A DNA stretch of 64,000 nucleotides from a virus. The DNA is taken from positions 64,001-128,000 of IMG/VR virus record IMGVR_UViG_3300021594_000641; one strand, written 5' to 3'. The notes under the pieces were generated by a model, which saw nothing but the letters and a program-made list of their open reading frames with translations, was not told the DNA's origin and did not search any database. This document shows positions 50,175-58,424 of this stretch, in pieces. The translations under genes were made by a program, and so were the position numbers. Numbering within the stretch: the stretch's first letter is position 1; each line of letters starts with the position of its first letter.

Positions 50175-50450
50175 TTATCCTTTTCCAATCTTGGCCAAAA
50201 ACTCAAAAGCCTCTTTCCATGAAGCTTTCTTTACCTTTGGGTTTATTCCCTTGGTCTTCTGTGTTGCTTGAACCAGAGCTTCTCTTAGTCTGTGTAGTTT
50301 GTTCTGACCTTCTGGTAGTTTCTTTTCAGGCTTGGGCATGTTCTTCAAGAACGCCGCGTCTTCAGCTTCTGGCGTTATTACTTCGCTGTGCATCTCTCTG
50401 AGATGTGTCATGCCTTTCTTCAGTATTCCAAGCATTTCATCTGTGTTCAT
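50175..50450 (-). CDS. Small basic hypothetical protein
   Basis: 91 aa; VKKAS. Confidence 0.55.
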   Translation of the reverse strand: MNTDEMLGILKKGMTHLREMHSEVITPEAEDAAFLKNMPKPEKKLPEGQNKLHRLREALVQATQKTKGINPKVKKASWKEAFEFLAKIGKG

Positions 50451-50451
50451 T

Positions 50452-51732
50452 TCAGTCCGCCTCTGATTCGTTAGACTCTGCCTTTATTGGCTTTATCTCT
50501 TTAGTCGTTATTACTTCTATTCTTGGTCGTATCTTCATTCCCATGTATTCTGTTTCTTTAAGTCCGCCGTTACTAGAAGCTTGTTCCCATCTCTTCAACG
50601 CGGACATTAGACCTTTCTGCCCAAAGCCTGTTCTTGATTTAGGTAAACCGACTACATCAAAAAAAGAACTGTCTATTATGTCTTGGGCTAGAGGAGCTTC
50701 ATGTTTTATTGATCCAGGAGTTCCGAACTGTTCTTTACCGCTTATAGTGGCGTAAAGAAAAGATTTGTTTGGATCAGCTTGAAGACCTTTTAGCCTAAGT
50801 CTCTTACGTAGCTGATCTTCCAGCTTCTTTCTTTCGTTAACATATTGTTTGGCTTTATCGGGTTGATCTTCCCATCTTCCGCTTGTTCTATCTACAACTA
50901 ACTCTTCATAGCTAAGAGGTTTTAAAACATCATGTTTGTTTCTTGAGTAATGCACCAGCATGTGCTGCAAGGCATCAGACGCCAGAGACTTCTTTTCTAT
51001 TTCTTCTACCTTCTTGTAATAGTCTTCGTCTTCAAGCATGTGATCTTTAGCAACTTCTTTTGCTATGTCTGGATTTTCAGTGTGCTCCATCTCATGTTTC
51101 TTTCCGTGCTCAAGTTTCTTCTTGTCAAAGTCTGAATCTGGAACGTTGTCGGCTTCTCCTCCTGGAAGTATATCCTTGGCTGCTACTTTCTTTATTTGAT
51201 TATGCCCAAGAACTCCTATCTTCCTCATGGCCACTACTATGTTAAATCCATGTTTGCCCGGGCTTGAGTCTAACCCATACGTCCTTCTTAGCTGAGATAG
51301 CTCAGGACTGGACACCGGCATAAACCATACTCGACTAAAGTCAAATATGTTTGCCGCTTGAGCTTCTTGTATTCCTGAAATGCTGTAGTGAAAATGCTTT
51401 CCACGCTCTGTTACTTTTTCTATTCCGCCTATTCTTTGAACTTCGTCTGGAGTGAACACAACTATGTGAGCGTTGAACTTGCCGTCTTTCTCAGGCAACG
51501 ATATGCCGTTCTCGTCTAAAGCAGCAAAAGCTCCTCTGACAAGAGCGTTAGGAACATTCAAAAGTATGGAGTCGTCGTTTGAGGCGAAGAGCTCGCCTGA
51601 CATGGCTGAAGTTTTTAAAGCAGCTTCCTTACCCATATATACGACTGCTTCACCAATATTTTCCAAAGACTGTTCATACAGCTTGGATATTTCAGCCTGC
51701 TTTTCCTTGCTTATTATCGGATTGAACAGCAT
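50452..51732 (-). CDS. 2H-phosphoesterase-like domain, DUF5661-like module and unknown C-terminal domain
   Basis: NAHIVV...VWFMPVSSPELSQLRRTYGL..GFNIVVA; HEMEHTENPDIAKEVAKDHMLEDEDYY; KEAA, KTSA, KKVAA borders. Confidence 0.6.
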   Translation of the reverse strand: MLFNPIISKEKQAEISKLYEQSLENIGEAVVYMGKEAALKTSAMSGELFASNDDSILLNVPNALVRGAFAALDENGISLPEKDGKFNAHIVVFTPDEVQRIGGIEKVTERGKHFHYSISGIQEAQAANIFDFSRVWFMPVSSPELSQLRRTYGLDSSPGKHGFNIVVAMRKIGVLGHNQIKKVAAKDILPGGEADNVPDSDFDKKKLEHGKKHEMEHTENPDIAKEVAKDHMLEDEDYYKKVEEIEKKSLASDALQHMLVHYSRNKHDVLKPLSYEELVVDRTSGRWEDQPDKAKQYVNERKKLEDQLRKRLRLKGLQADPNKSFLYATISGKEQFGTPGSIKHEAPLAQDIIDSSFFDVVGLPKSRTGFGQKGLMSALKRWEQASSNGGLKETEYMGMKIRPRIEVITTKEIKPIKAESNESEAD

Positions 51733-51750
51733 GTGTTTGACCTAACTCTT

Positions 51751-52194
51751 TTATTCCCCCAAAGCTTCTGCCTCAGATTGGAGGAACTTTATTATGTTTA
51801 CTGCTTTCTTGTAGTCGCTTTCCTCATGCCTGATTGATGGCTTTAATCTTATCAGGACATTGACCGCGTCTCTAAGCATCACAGTCATTGTGTAATTATG
51901 CCTTAAAACTACCAAGTCGGCCAGCATAGCTGTTATTGTTTTCTTTGATATATTCTTACCGTCATTTATATCTTTACGTACCTTTTCTAAATCGCTTGTA
52001 GACATCTGTCCATTAATAAGCTTATCCATCATTTCGTCTAACAGCATGAAACCTCCGTTGGGCGGAGCGGTGATTGTTTCAACTGTCCCCTCAGATCCCC
52101 TACCTGAAGCCCGTGTCTGCCTTTCGCAGAAGGCGGCGGAAATAAGAACGCTTCCACGCCGCGCCACCATGATTGACGAGAAGACCTCAGACAA
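51751..52194 (-). CDS. Hypothetical protein
   Basis: ORF in operon orientation; start uncertain. Confidence 0.5.
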   Translation of the reverse strand: MSEVFSSIMVARRGSVLISAAFCERQTRASGRGSEGTVETITAPPNGGFMLLDEMMDKLINGQMSTSDLEKVRKDINDGKNISKKTITAMLADLVVLRHNYTMTVMLRDAVNVLIRLKPSIRHEESDYKKAVNIIKFLQSEAEALGE

Positions 52195-52335
52195 TCAAAC
52201 CTCGCTAATTAAAGCTCCTAACCAGTCGGCGTTCTCGACTAAACAGGAAGAACAATCACCGCCGTTTGTAGGCCAGTGCCCGTTAAAGACTTTTGCTTTG
52301 CTTTGACAGGCGCTGCCGTGATCTTTATCTAAGAG

Positions 52336-52488
52336 CTATTTCTTCTTGCTCTTAGGCTTGCTGTTAACTGGAGCGCAGCTGTCGTTAGAGTAGGGCTTCT
52401 TTCCTGGGACTGGTTTGTAACCTGCCCAGCAGCGCCCTGCGGCTTCTTTGGCTAGTTGTGCTATTAGTTTGCTGACTTGGCTCTGCAT
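52336..52488 (-). CDS. 50-aa microprotein with a CWxGY module
   Basis: MQSQVSKLIAQLAKEAAGRCWAGYKPVPGKKPYSNDSCAPVNSKPKSKKK; absent from the track. Confidence 0.65.
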   Translation of the reverse strand: MQSQVSKLIAQLAKEAAGRCWAGYKPVPGKKPYSNDSCAPVNSKPKSKKK

Positions 52489-52555
52489 AACTAACCGCCC
52501 TCAAAGGCTCGATGCCTTATAGGATTTTATGTTCTACGCTATCTCAAAGCAATAA

Positions 52556-52758
52556 TTATTCTGTGTTGGCGTTAGCTCCTTCCTTGTCTTCTTCTCTTCC
52601 TCCTGTGAAACTTATAAACCATCTTTTAGTAACTCTTTTACCGTTCCTATACAAAACTGGAACAGACTTTTCTTCTGCCGTGTCATGCCATCTTATGGCT
52701 ATAGCAGAGTCTATAGGAGTAACAAGCCCGTCTATCCATAACCTAGAGTTTAGCTGCA
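52556..52758 (-). CDS. Small hypothetical protein
   Basis: Start MQLNSRL overlaps the upstream stop. Confidence 0.5.
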
Positions 52759-53094
52759 TTCTGCACGCGCCAGTTCTGCTAATTCGTTTAAGTGATGCCA
52801 GCAACTAGGATTCTCTTGTTCAAAATTTTTTATTGTTCCATACCTATTCGCTTTAGCCAGATCGTCAAAAAACTTTTTTCTTTTGTCCGGGTTGGCCGGA
52901 AGTTTAGTGACTTTAAATTTTTTACCTATTACCGCTGGACCTCCGCCGAATATCTTGCTTAGCGTATATCCTGATATTACCCAAGCGGCGTGCAGCACGT
53001 TTTTCTTTTCTATGGTGTCGTCACGGCCAGATAGATACTCGGCTATGAGTTGAACAGCCTCTGAAGGATAAGTTCTTGGGTATGGGTACATCAC
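52750..53094 (-). CDS. Hypothetical protein coupled to the papain-like peptidase gene
   Basis: 114 aa; ATGA overlap. Confidence 0.65.
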   Translation of the reverse strand: MMYPYPRTYPSEAVQLIAEYLSGRDDTIEKKNVLHAAWVISGYTLSKIFGGGPAVIGKKFKVTKLPANPDKRKKFFDDLAKANRYGTIKNFEQENPSCWHHLNELAELARAECS

Positions 53095-54002
53095 ACAAAC
53101 CAGTCGATAATGTTACGGGGTACGAAACCTTTCTGACCAGCGTAAGCAAACGAGTCCCCTTGTGCAAGCATTTTGGCTACCGTAGCTTCAGCAGCATAGA
53201 ACCCTTCAGGACCGGGGTTGCCCGGTCCTGTGGGTCCAGTGTGCGTGGTAGCTCCCCAGCTGTTGTCGATACGGAAGTAAGTATTTCCTTCAATCTTGGC
53301 GTAACCGCAAATGCACATCTGGTGAGCCCAAGAGCCTGAAGCTGCGCATATTCCGTTTGCATTACGCGTGTATTTAAAGCCATAGTCGCTAGCCACGGAT
53401 ATACCGTAACCAGCAGACAAAGCTTTCTTGGCTTCTTCAGTTGTCTTTACCAGCGTGATAGTGCTGATAGGGTATTTCTTTACTTCAGGCTCTAGGTCGT
53501 CTGGAACACCGGACATGCCGTAAGCTCGGCACCTTTCCTGGCTGTACTCTCTGAAGTCGTACTTGCCGTAGACTCCACGATCTAGCGAACCCCAGCGCTT
53601 GGCGAACTCAGCACTCCAAGCGCCGATGGACCCATCGCCTCTGCCTAATCTGCCTTTACCCACTTCGATACGTCCACCGCCGTAATTTATCTCGGTGCAG
53701 AGGTCTCGGAATTCTTCATTCTCTCCAGCGGCTATTTCAGCCAGCTGGGTATATTCGATGGCTCTAATGCAACCAAAAGCCACACAGCTTCCTACTTTCC
53801 CCTGGCTACGTGGTGGCAGCAGTTTACCCAATACCTTACGAGCTGCGTCCCAAAGGTACACGTTATCCGGCAAAGCAGAAGCAGTAGTAAATCTGCCAGC
53901 TTCTGTATCAGAGAATGTTTTATATGGCTGTAGGGCTACAACGCTTTCCACTTCTTGTGGATCGTTAACCCAGCCCTGTGCAAATTCAAGAGTATCGCTC
54001 AT
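53091..54002 (-). CDS. Papain-like (C1) cysteine peptidase
   Basis: SQGKVGSCVAFG (Gln/Cys), WAHQMCICGY (His), RIDNSWG (Asn). Confidence 0.85.
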   Translation of the reverse strand: MSDTLEFAQGWVNDPQEVESVVALQPYKTFSDTEAGRFTTASALPDNVYLWDAARKVLGKLLPPRSQGKVGSCVAFGCIRAIEYTQLAEIAAGENEEFRDLCTEINYGGGRIEVGKGRLGRGDGSIGAWSAEFAKRWGSLDRGVYGKYDFREYSQERCRAYGMSGVPDDLEPEVKKYPISTITLVKTTEEAKKALSAGYGISVASDYGFKYTRNANGICAASGSWAHQMCICGYAKIEGNTYFRIDNSWGATTHTGPTGPGNPGPEGFYAAEATVAKMLAQGDSFAYAGQKGFVPRNIIDWFV

Positions 54003-54186
54003 CTCTTCTCATCTCCAGAATAGCGCCTATGACATTCATGTAAGCTTTTAACATAGAGAACTGCTGCAGGCTGGTAGGGTCTAGCTTACCCGATGTGTAA
54101 GACTTTGTGTCTAGCCTTATCAGTCTGTCTATCTTGTCTTCAAGCACCGATAGAGTTTTTTCACAAAACGGACTGTCGGTGCTCAT
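53986..54186 (-). CDS. Small hypothetical protein
   Basis: 66 aa; loosely resembles the neighbouring 76-aa ORF (QFSMLKAYMNV versus QFGMMQAYFKV). Confidence 0.55.
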   Translation of the reverse strand: MSTDSPFCEKTLSVLEDKIDRLIRLDTKSYTSGKLDPTSLQQFSMLKAYMNVIGAILEMRRDERYS

Positions 54187-54202
54187 ACTTCACCTCGTAG
54201 CT

Positions 54203-54433
54203 TTATCGGTTCTTTTTCAGAGACAGCCCTGTGAACCTTTTGTCGTCGCCACCCAGTTCTTCGATTATCTGAGCGACTTTAAAGTAAGCCTGCATCATGC
54301 CAAATTGTGTTTCAGTCAAAGGAGGAGGGCCGTTTGACATGTCAACGCCTTCAACTGGCTCCATGTCCTTTTCAGAAACTTCGTTGATCTTCTTGGCTAG
54401 ATCAAGAAGTAGTGTCTTGCAGCACTCGCTCAT
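54203..54433 (-). CDS. Small hypothetical protein
   Basis: 76 aa; ATGA overlap with the upstream gene. Confidence 0.55.
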   Translation of the reverse strand: MSECCKTLLLDLAKKINEVSEKDMEPVEGVDMSNGPPPLTETQFGMMQAYFKVAQIIEELGGDDKRFTGLSLKKNR

Positions 54434-55215
54434 TTCAAGTTCTCCAAGATGTTGGCTATACGGCTAAACTGGCTAGACAGGTTCTTACGAACGTTAGCGT
54501 CTAGAACGATAGTAGCGTTTTTAGGTAGGGCAGAGTTTAGCTCTACACGGATGCGATCACGAATATCGTATATGTCCGTGCCTGTTAGCTCAGCTGCCCC
54601 AAGTGTATTTACGCGCTTGTACACATCTCCAACAGTGTTGAAGTAGGGCTTTCCTGTGCTTGGGTCAGTGTCTGTATTGTCAGCAGCCCTAGCGCCTTCT
54701 CTGTATATGGCTGCCAGCTTGGCTATCTTTTCTGCTGCTCCTCTCTCTTGGTCTTTCAACCCTCCATAAATGTTTTGCAAAGCACTTTCCAAGGCGTCTG
54801 GCTGAGGAGGGTTTGGGGGCATAGGCCCAGGAGGAGTAGGAGGAACAGGAGTCGGGGGTACGGGGGCTGGAGGAAGTGGAGCTGGGTTAAACGGACCAAA
54901 CGGCGCGTTGTCCGGTACGCCGCCGACATTGATGATTGTCATAGAAGGCTCTGAAGGCACATCTCCAAGAGCCGTGTAAGCCAACAAACGGTACTTGCCT
55001 TTAGGAGCTGTAACCACTGTGGCTACAGGGTTGGCGAGTAGAGCAGAAGGGAATACGTTCAGGCCTTTATCTAGGTATACGTACTTTACTGTTTTGCCGT
55101 TAGTTGTTGGCAAGATGGTAATGAAGTTACCAGGCTCTCCGGAGAAGGTGGTAGGCAGCTCTACCTTAGGAGCTGGAGCCTGGCTCATAGCAAGAACTAG
55201 CAATGCAAAAAACAT
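54430..55215 (-). CDS. Secreted protein with Ig-like N-domain, Pro-rich linker and helical C-domain
   Basis: Signal-like start MFFALLVLAMSQA; PAPLPPAPVPPTPVPPTPPGPMPPNPPQP linker. Confidence 0.65.
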   Translation of the reverse strand: MFFALLVLAMSQAPAPKVELPTTFSGEPGNFITILPTTNGKTVKYVYLDKGLNVFPSALLANPVATVVTAPKGKYRLLAYTALGDVPSEPSMTIINVGGVPDNAPFGPFNPAPLPPAPVPPTPVPPTPPGPMPPNPPQPDALESALQNIYGGLKDQERGAAEKIAKLAAIYREGARAADNTDTDPSTGKPYFNTVGDVYKRVNTLGAAELTGTDIYDIRDRIRVELNSALPKNATIVLDANVRKNLSSQFSRIANILENLK

Positions 55216-55219
55216 ACTG

Positions 55220-55420
55220 TCACTCCGTTCTCTTATTAGTTTCAAACAATAAACACAATAATACACATAGCATAACCACGCAAGGGAATGTCCATCTAAC
55301 TATTTGAATAATCTCGTTGTAGTGCATGGACACTATCTTTAAGCCATTAACAAGTCCAGTGCTGCTTTTAGCACTAGAGTGGTTGATGTAAAAAATTAGT
55401 AACTCTTCTATAGCTTCCAT
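55220..55420 (-). CDS. Small protein with a C-terminal membrane helix
   Basis: Start MEAIEEL with AGGAG RBS, after a terminator. Confidence 0.5.
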   Translation of the reverse strand: MEAIEELLIFYINHSSAKSSTGLVNGLKIVSMHYNEIIQIVRWTFPCVVMLCVLLCLLFETNKRTE

Positions 55421-55435
55421 TTTAATGCTCCTAAT

Positions 55436-55472
55436 TAAAAAGCCAGGCAGCGGGTTGAACCACTGCCTGGCC
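55436..55472 (-). terminator. Intrinsic terminator
   Basis: GCCAGGCAG...CTGCCTGGC followed by TTTTT on the minus strand. Confidence 0.7.
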
Positions 55473-55509
55473 AAACTGGTTTTACCCGCCAAGATCCAAC
55501 CAGCTTACG

Positions 55510-56040
55510 TTAGCCAATCTCTTCAGGAGAGCCGGCGTCAATTCCAACATTTACAGCTTTACCGGCTTTAACTTCAATATCAATAACGCCAGTAATTGTC
55601 TCAACGCCCTCGCCAAGATCTGCGTCGGCTGAAACATTTACTTGGCAAACGCCAAGCTTGCCAAGAGAACTTACTACAGCGCTTAGGCCGTCCTCAGACA
55701 CTTCAAGCTTTAAATGGTCTTCACAACCAAGACTCCAGACTGGAAGTCCGTCTATAGCGGCAGGATTTCCAGCCTTAGTTACAGGCTTGATTGACAAAGA
55801 AACCTTCTGGCTATCTGTAAGAATCAACATAGCGTTATCCTCCTTAGAAGCGCGAATCCAGTCAGCCACGGGGCCTATAGCTAACTTTAGTTTGTTTTTC
55901 TTGAACCTGACCTTAGCCCCGTATCGCAAATACCACCACCAAGGCCCCAAGTATACTTCTAAAACTTGAATGTTCCTAAGTCTTCCGAGCTTAGTCTCTA
56001 GTTCTTTTTCGCAATGAGCCCAGATATCGAAAGAGTCCAT
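55510..56040 (-). CDS. Protein with an Ig-like C-terminal domain; strong internal start at 55830
   Basis: MLILTDSQKVSLSIKPV...DADLGEGV; AAGGAGGA precedes the ATG at 55830. Confidence 0.6.
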   Translation of the reverse strand: MDSFDIWAHCEKELETKLGRLRNIQVLEVYLGPWWWYLRYGAKVRFKKNKLKLAIGPVADWIRASKEDNAMLILTDSQKVSLSIKPVTKAGNPAAIDGLPVWSLGCEDHLKLEVSEDGLSAVVSSLGKLGVCQVNVSADADLGEGVETITGVIDIEVKAGKAVNVGIDAGSPEEIG

Positions 56041-56086
56041 GGCCTAATCTCCATAGGACATTTTTAATAATACCCTAACGTAACAA

Positions 56087-56614
56087 CTAAGGCAACATTC
56101 CAAATGAGGGGCAAAAGACAGGCTTCTTTGAAATATCTTTTATTCTTTCAGATTGAGCTAAAGAACTTTCTATAAACAAATTAAAGTTAGATATCTTGTA
56201 CAGACCTCCCTTGAACAAAGACACCTGCTCTACCCATATGTTGTCGTCTTTTTCAAAAGGCCTCATTATTAGTTTCTTGGGATCAACAGAAAGTCCGTGT
56301 TCTTCAAGCCAGTCCATAGTAACCTTACGATACTGCTCGTGTCTTCCTGTTATTATCATTGGAATTTGTGAAGTATGCGGTAGGTATAAAGGTTTAGCTG
56401 TTCTTAAAAACTTGATATATTTTTCTTTGTCGTTAGGAATACCTTTAGGGCAATCCTCGCAGATTACGCCATCAAAATCGTATGCCGCCTTTATTCCTTC
56501 GGTAAGCTCTATCTTTTCAACAAAACCTCTGCTGTCATTTATTTTGCTTATCGTTATCCAGTTTTGAGTTTCCACTTTTAGCCCCTTGTTCTTGACCCCA
56601 AAATAAATGACCAC
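56087..56614 (-). CDS. HAD-superfamily phosphatase-like protein
   Basis: YDFDGVI, IITGR, LIMRP, FK, FIES; start probably further downstream. Confidence 0.7.
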   Translation of the reverse strand: MVIYFGVKNKGLKVETQNWITISKINDSRGFVEKIELTEGIKAAYDFDGVICEDCPKGIPNDKEKYIKFLRTAKPLYLPHTSQIPMIITGRHEQYRKVTMDWLEEHGLSVDPKKLIMRPFEKDDNIWVEQVSLFKGGLYKISNFNLFIESSLAQSERIKDISKKPVFCPSFGMLP

Positions 56615-56792
56615 AAACTAAGCCAGCCATGAATGATACCACAGGGTACTCTTTGGACATTGAATAGACTACTGTGCTTATAGTGCCTTCAAATCCAAAT
56701 CTATATACTGCGAAAAAATCGTAAACCAGTAAAAATATTATTGCCATAAGAATGGCCATACGCGTAACTGTCTTGGCGTCAACACTAGGCAT
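56535..56792 (-). CDS. Small two-helix membrane protein
   Basis: 85 aa; ILMAIIFLLVYDFF and VVSFMAGLVCGHLFW. Confidence 0.65.
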   Translation of the reverse strand: MPSVDAKTVTRMAILMAIIFLLVYDFFAVYRFGFEGTISTVVYSMSKEYPVVSFMAGLVCGHLFWGQEQGAKSGNSKLDNDKQNK

Positions 56793-56825
56793 GATTCTCT
56801 CCTAGCCTGTTTAAAAATTAAATGC

Positions 56826-57668
56826 CTACTGTTTTCTGTAAAGTTCTTCTGGTGAAATTTTACAATAATCTTTGTAGTTTATATAGTTGTTAGGCATGTG
56901 GTGAACTGTTTGTCCTTTGATATCATCTTTAAGCAACGTTCCTTTAAACATAGGTATAGCGCCAACAGCCGCAGCTTCTCTTTTGTAACCAAAGTAATAA
57001 GGACAAATGTTTAAGTCGAAATAAGCCTGGGCAGAAAACCATTCAAATTCTTCTTGGTCTAGTATCCATAGCCCGGAGTAAAAGTTATTGTCGTTTAGAT
57101 AAAATAATTCGTTATCTAAGTTTACTTCTTTGGGAAGAGGCTGACATTTACTAAACTTAGGTGAAATGTCCGTGCAATAAGCTTTATCTCTGTCATACTC
57201 TATTCTTAAAAACCCTAAGTTGTAACCGTGTCTGCTGCACAAAGAATGGTTTGAGTACCAATACTCCAGGTTATTCTGATTAAACAGAATGTCGTCTTCG
57301 ATATACATCACAGCATCGTAGTTTATGTACGTGGAAGCCATTATAGGCCTGTGCTTCCAAGAGAGCGTATGCCCGTCTTGGCCAGTCATATCATGAAAAA
57401 CTACCAGCGCGGGATAGTGTAGTTTTAATTTTAAATTGTTCGTGTGAACGAATACCTGAGTTTTACAAGACAAAGAGTTCAAACTTTTTATTAACTCGTT
57501 GACGTATTTAAATCTTTTTTCTGAGTGCCAATAAGTTACGTGAACAGCCAAAGTAAAATTACTAAGGTTATTAGGTAACTTGTAGTTAAAACAACGGTTT
57601 AGACAAGGTTTTGGAAAAGCAAATCCGCCGCTATCAAAACCTGTTGCCAAATCAAAAGGAACAGACAT
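56826..57668 (-). CDS. Glycosyltransferase-like protein (GT-A fold)
   Basis: VHVTYW, LSWKHR, VMYIEDDILF (DxD-like); position in the GT cluster. Confidence 0.6.
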   Translation of the reverse strand: MSVPFDLATGFDSGGFAFPKPCLNRCFNYKLPNNLSNFTLAVHVTYWHSEKRFKYVNELIKSLNSLSCKTQVFVHTNNLKLKLHYPALVVFHDMTGQDGHTLSWKHRPIMASTYINYDAVMYIEDDILFNQNNLEYWYSNHSLCSRHGYNLGFLRIEYDRDKAYCTDISPKFSKCQPLPKEVNLDNELFYLNDNNFYSGLWILDQEEFEWFSAQAYFDLNICPYYFGYKREAAAVGAIPMFKGTLLKDDIKGQTVHHMPNNYINYKDYCKISPEELYRKQ

Positions 57669-57678
57669 ATCAAGCCTT

Positions 57679-58410
57679 TCAAAAAGATTTTACTGAGCTC
57701 ATGTAGTCGTAGCTCCATCTGGGTTTTAGAACAATTTCGCCTGAAGGAATTATTTTTCTAGTGCGTTGACTTTCGACTATGGACTCAACAGCTAAGCTTA
57801 CATCAGTTTTTTGCGGACCCCAGCCAGAACCGTGATAAGAATTAACAGTTGACCACCTGTATATGTAAAACCTATCTTCTACAGGAACTTTGACAGAGTA
57901 ATGCCCTCCTACGGCTTCTCTAAATTTTTCCATTATCTTTACATCAACGTCGCATTGATCCTTTTCTGGATAACCGCCTATAGCATCAAACAAAGTTTTA
58001 GTGAAAGCGTGGGTGGCGTGGAAAACGTTTGAAGCTGGTTTTATGTTATTTACCGCGTTCTCAAAAAATCCGTCTCCAGTATGGAATATGCCGTTTTTCA
58101 TGTTAGCTAAGGTGTAAGAGATTCTATTAGGCAAATAAATGTCGTCGTCTTCCCAGCAAAACAAAACGTCTCCTGAACACATCTTTACTGTAGCGTTGAA
58201 CTTAGCTCCTAACGGTTTTATTCTATAAGGCGTGTTGTATACCTTTATATCAGGATGATCAAAACGTATAGTTTGATTTTCGTAGTCATTTAAAATGACT
58301 AACTCTTTTGGTCCCTTGTAGTCTTGCTTTAAAAAAGACTCTACGGCTTCTTCCAAACAGTGAACTCTGCCGTAAGTAGGGCAATAACAGCTAACTAAAT
58401 TAGGGGTCAT
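57679..58410 (-). CDS. GT2 family glycosyltransferase
   Basis: VSCYCPTYGR, LVILND, PLGAKFN, FCWEDDDIYLP; start MTPNLV removes the overlap. Confidence 0.85.
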   Translation of the reverse strand: MTPNLVSCYCPTYGRVHCLEEAVESFLKQDYKGPKELVILNDYENQTIRFDHPDIKVYNTPYRIKPLGAKFNATVKMCSGDVLFCWEDDDIYLPNRISYTLANMKNGIFHTGDGFFENAVNNIKPASNVFHATHAFTKTLFDAIGGYPEKDQCDVDVKIMEKFREAVGGHYSVKVPVEDRFYIYRWSTVNSYHGSGWGPQKTDVSLAVESIVESQRTRKIIPSGEIVLKPRWSYDYMSSVKSF

Positions 58411-58424
58411 GTGTATCTTTCTTT

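Noticed and set aside
50580-50960. ADP-ribosyltransferase in the C-terminal domain (LVHYS)
   Set aside because: Only a His-containing first strand is suggestive; the other ART motifs could not be identified
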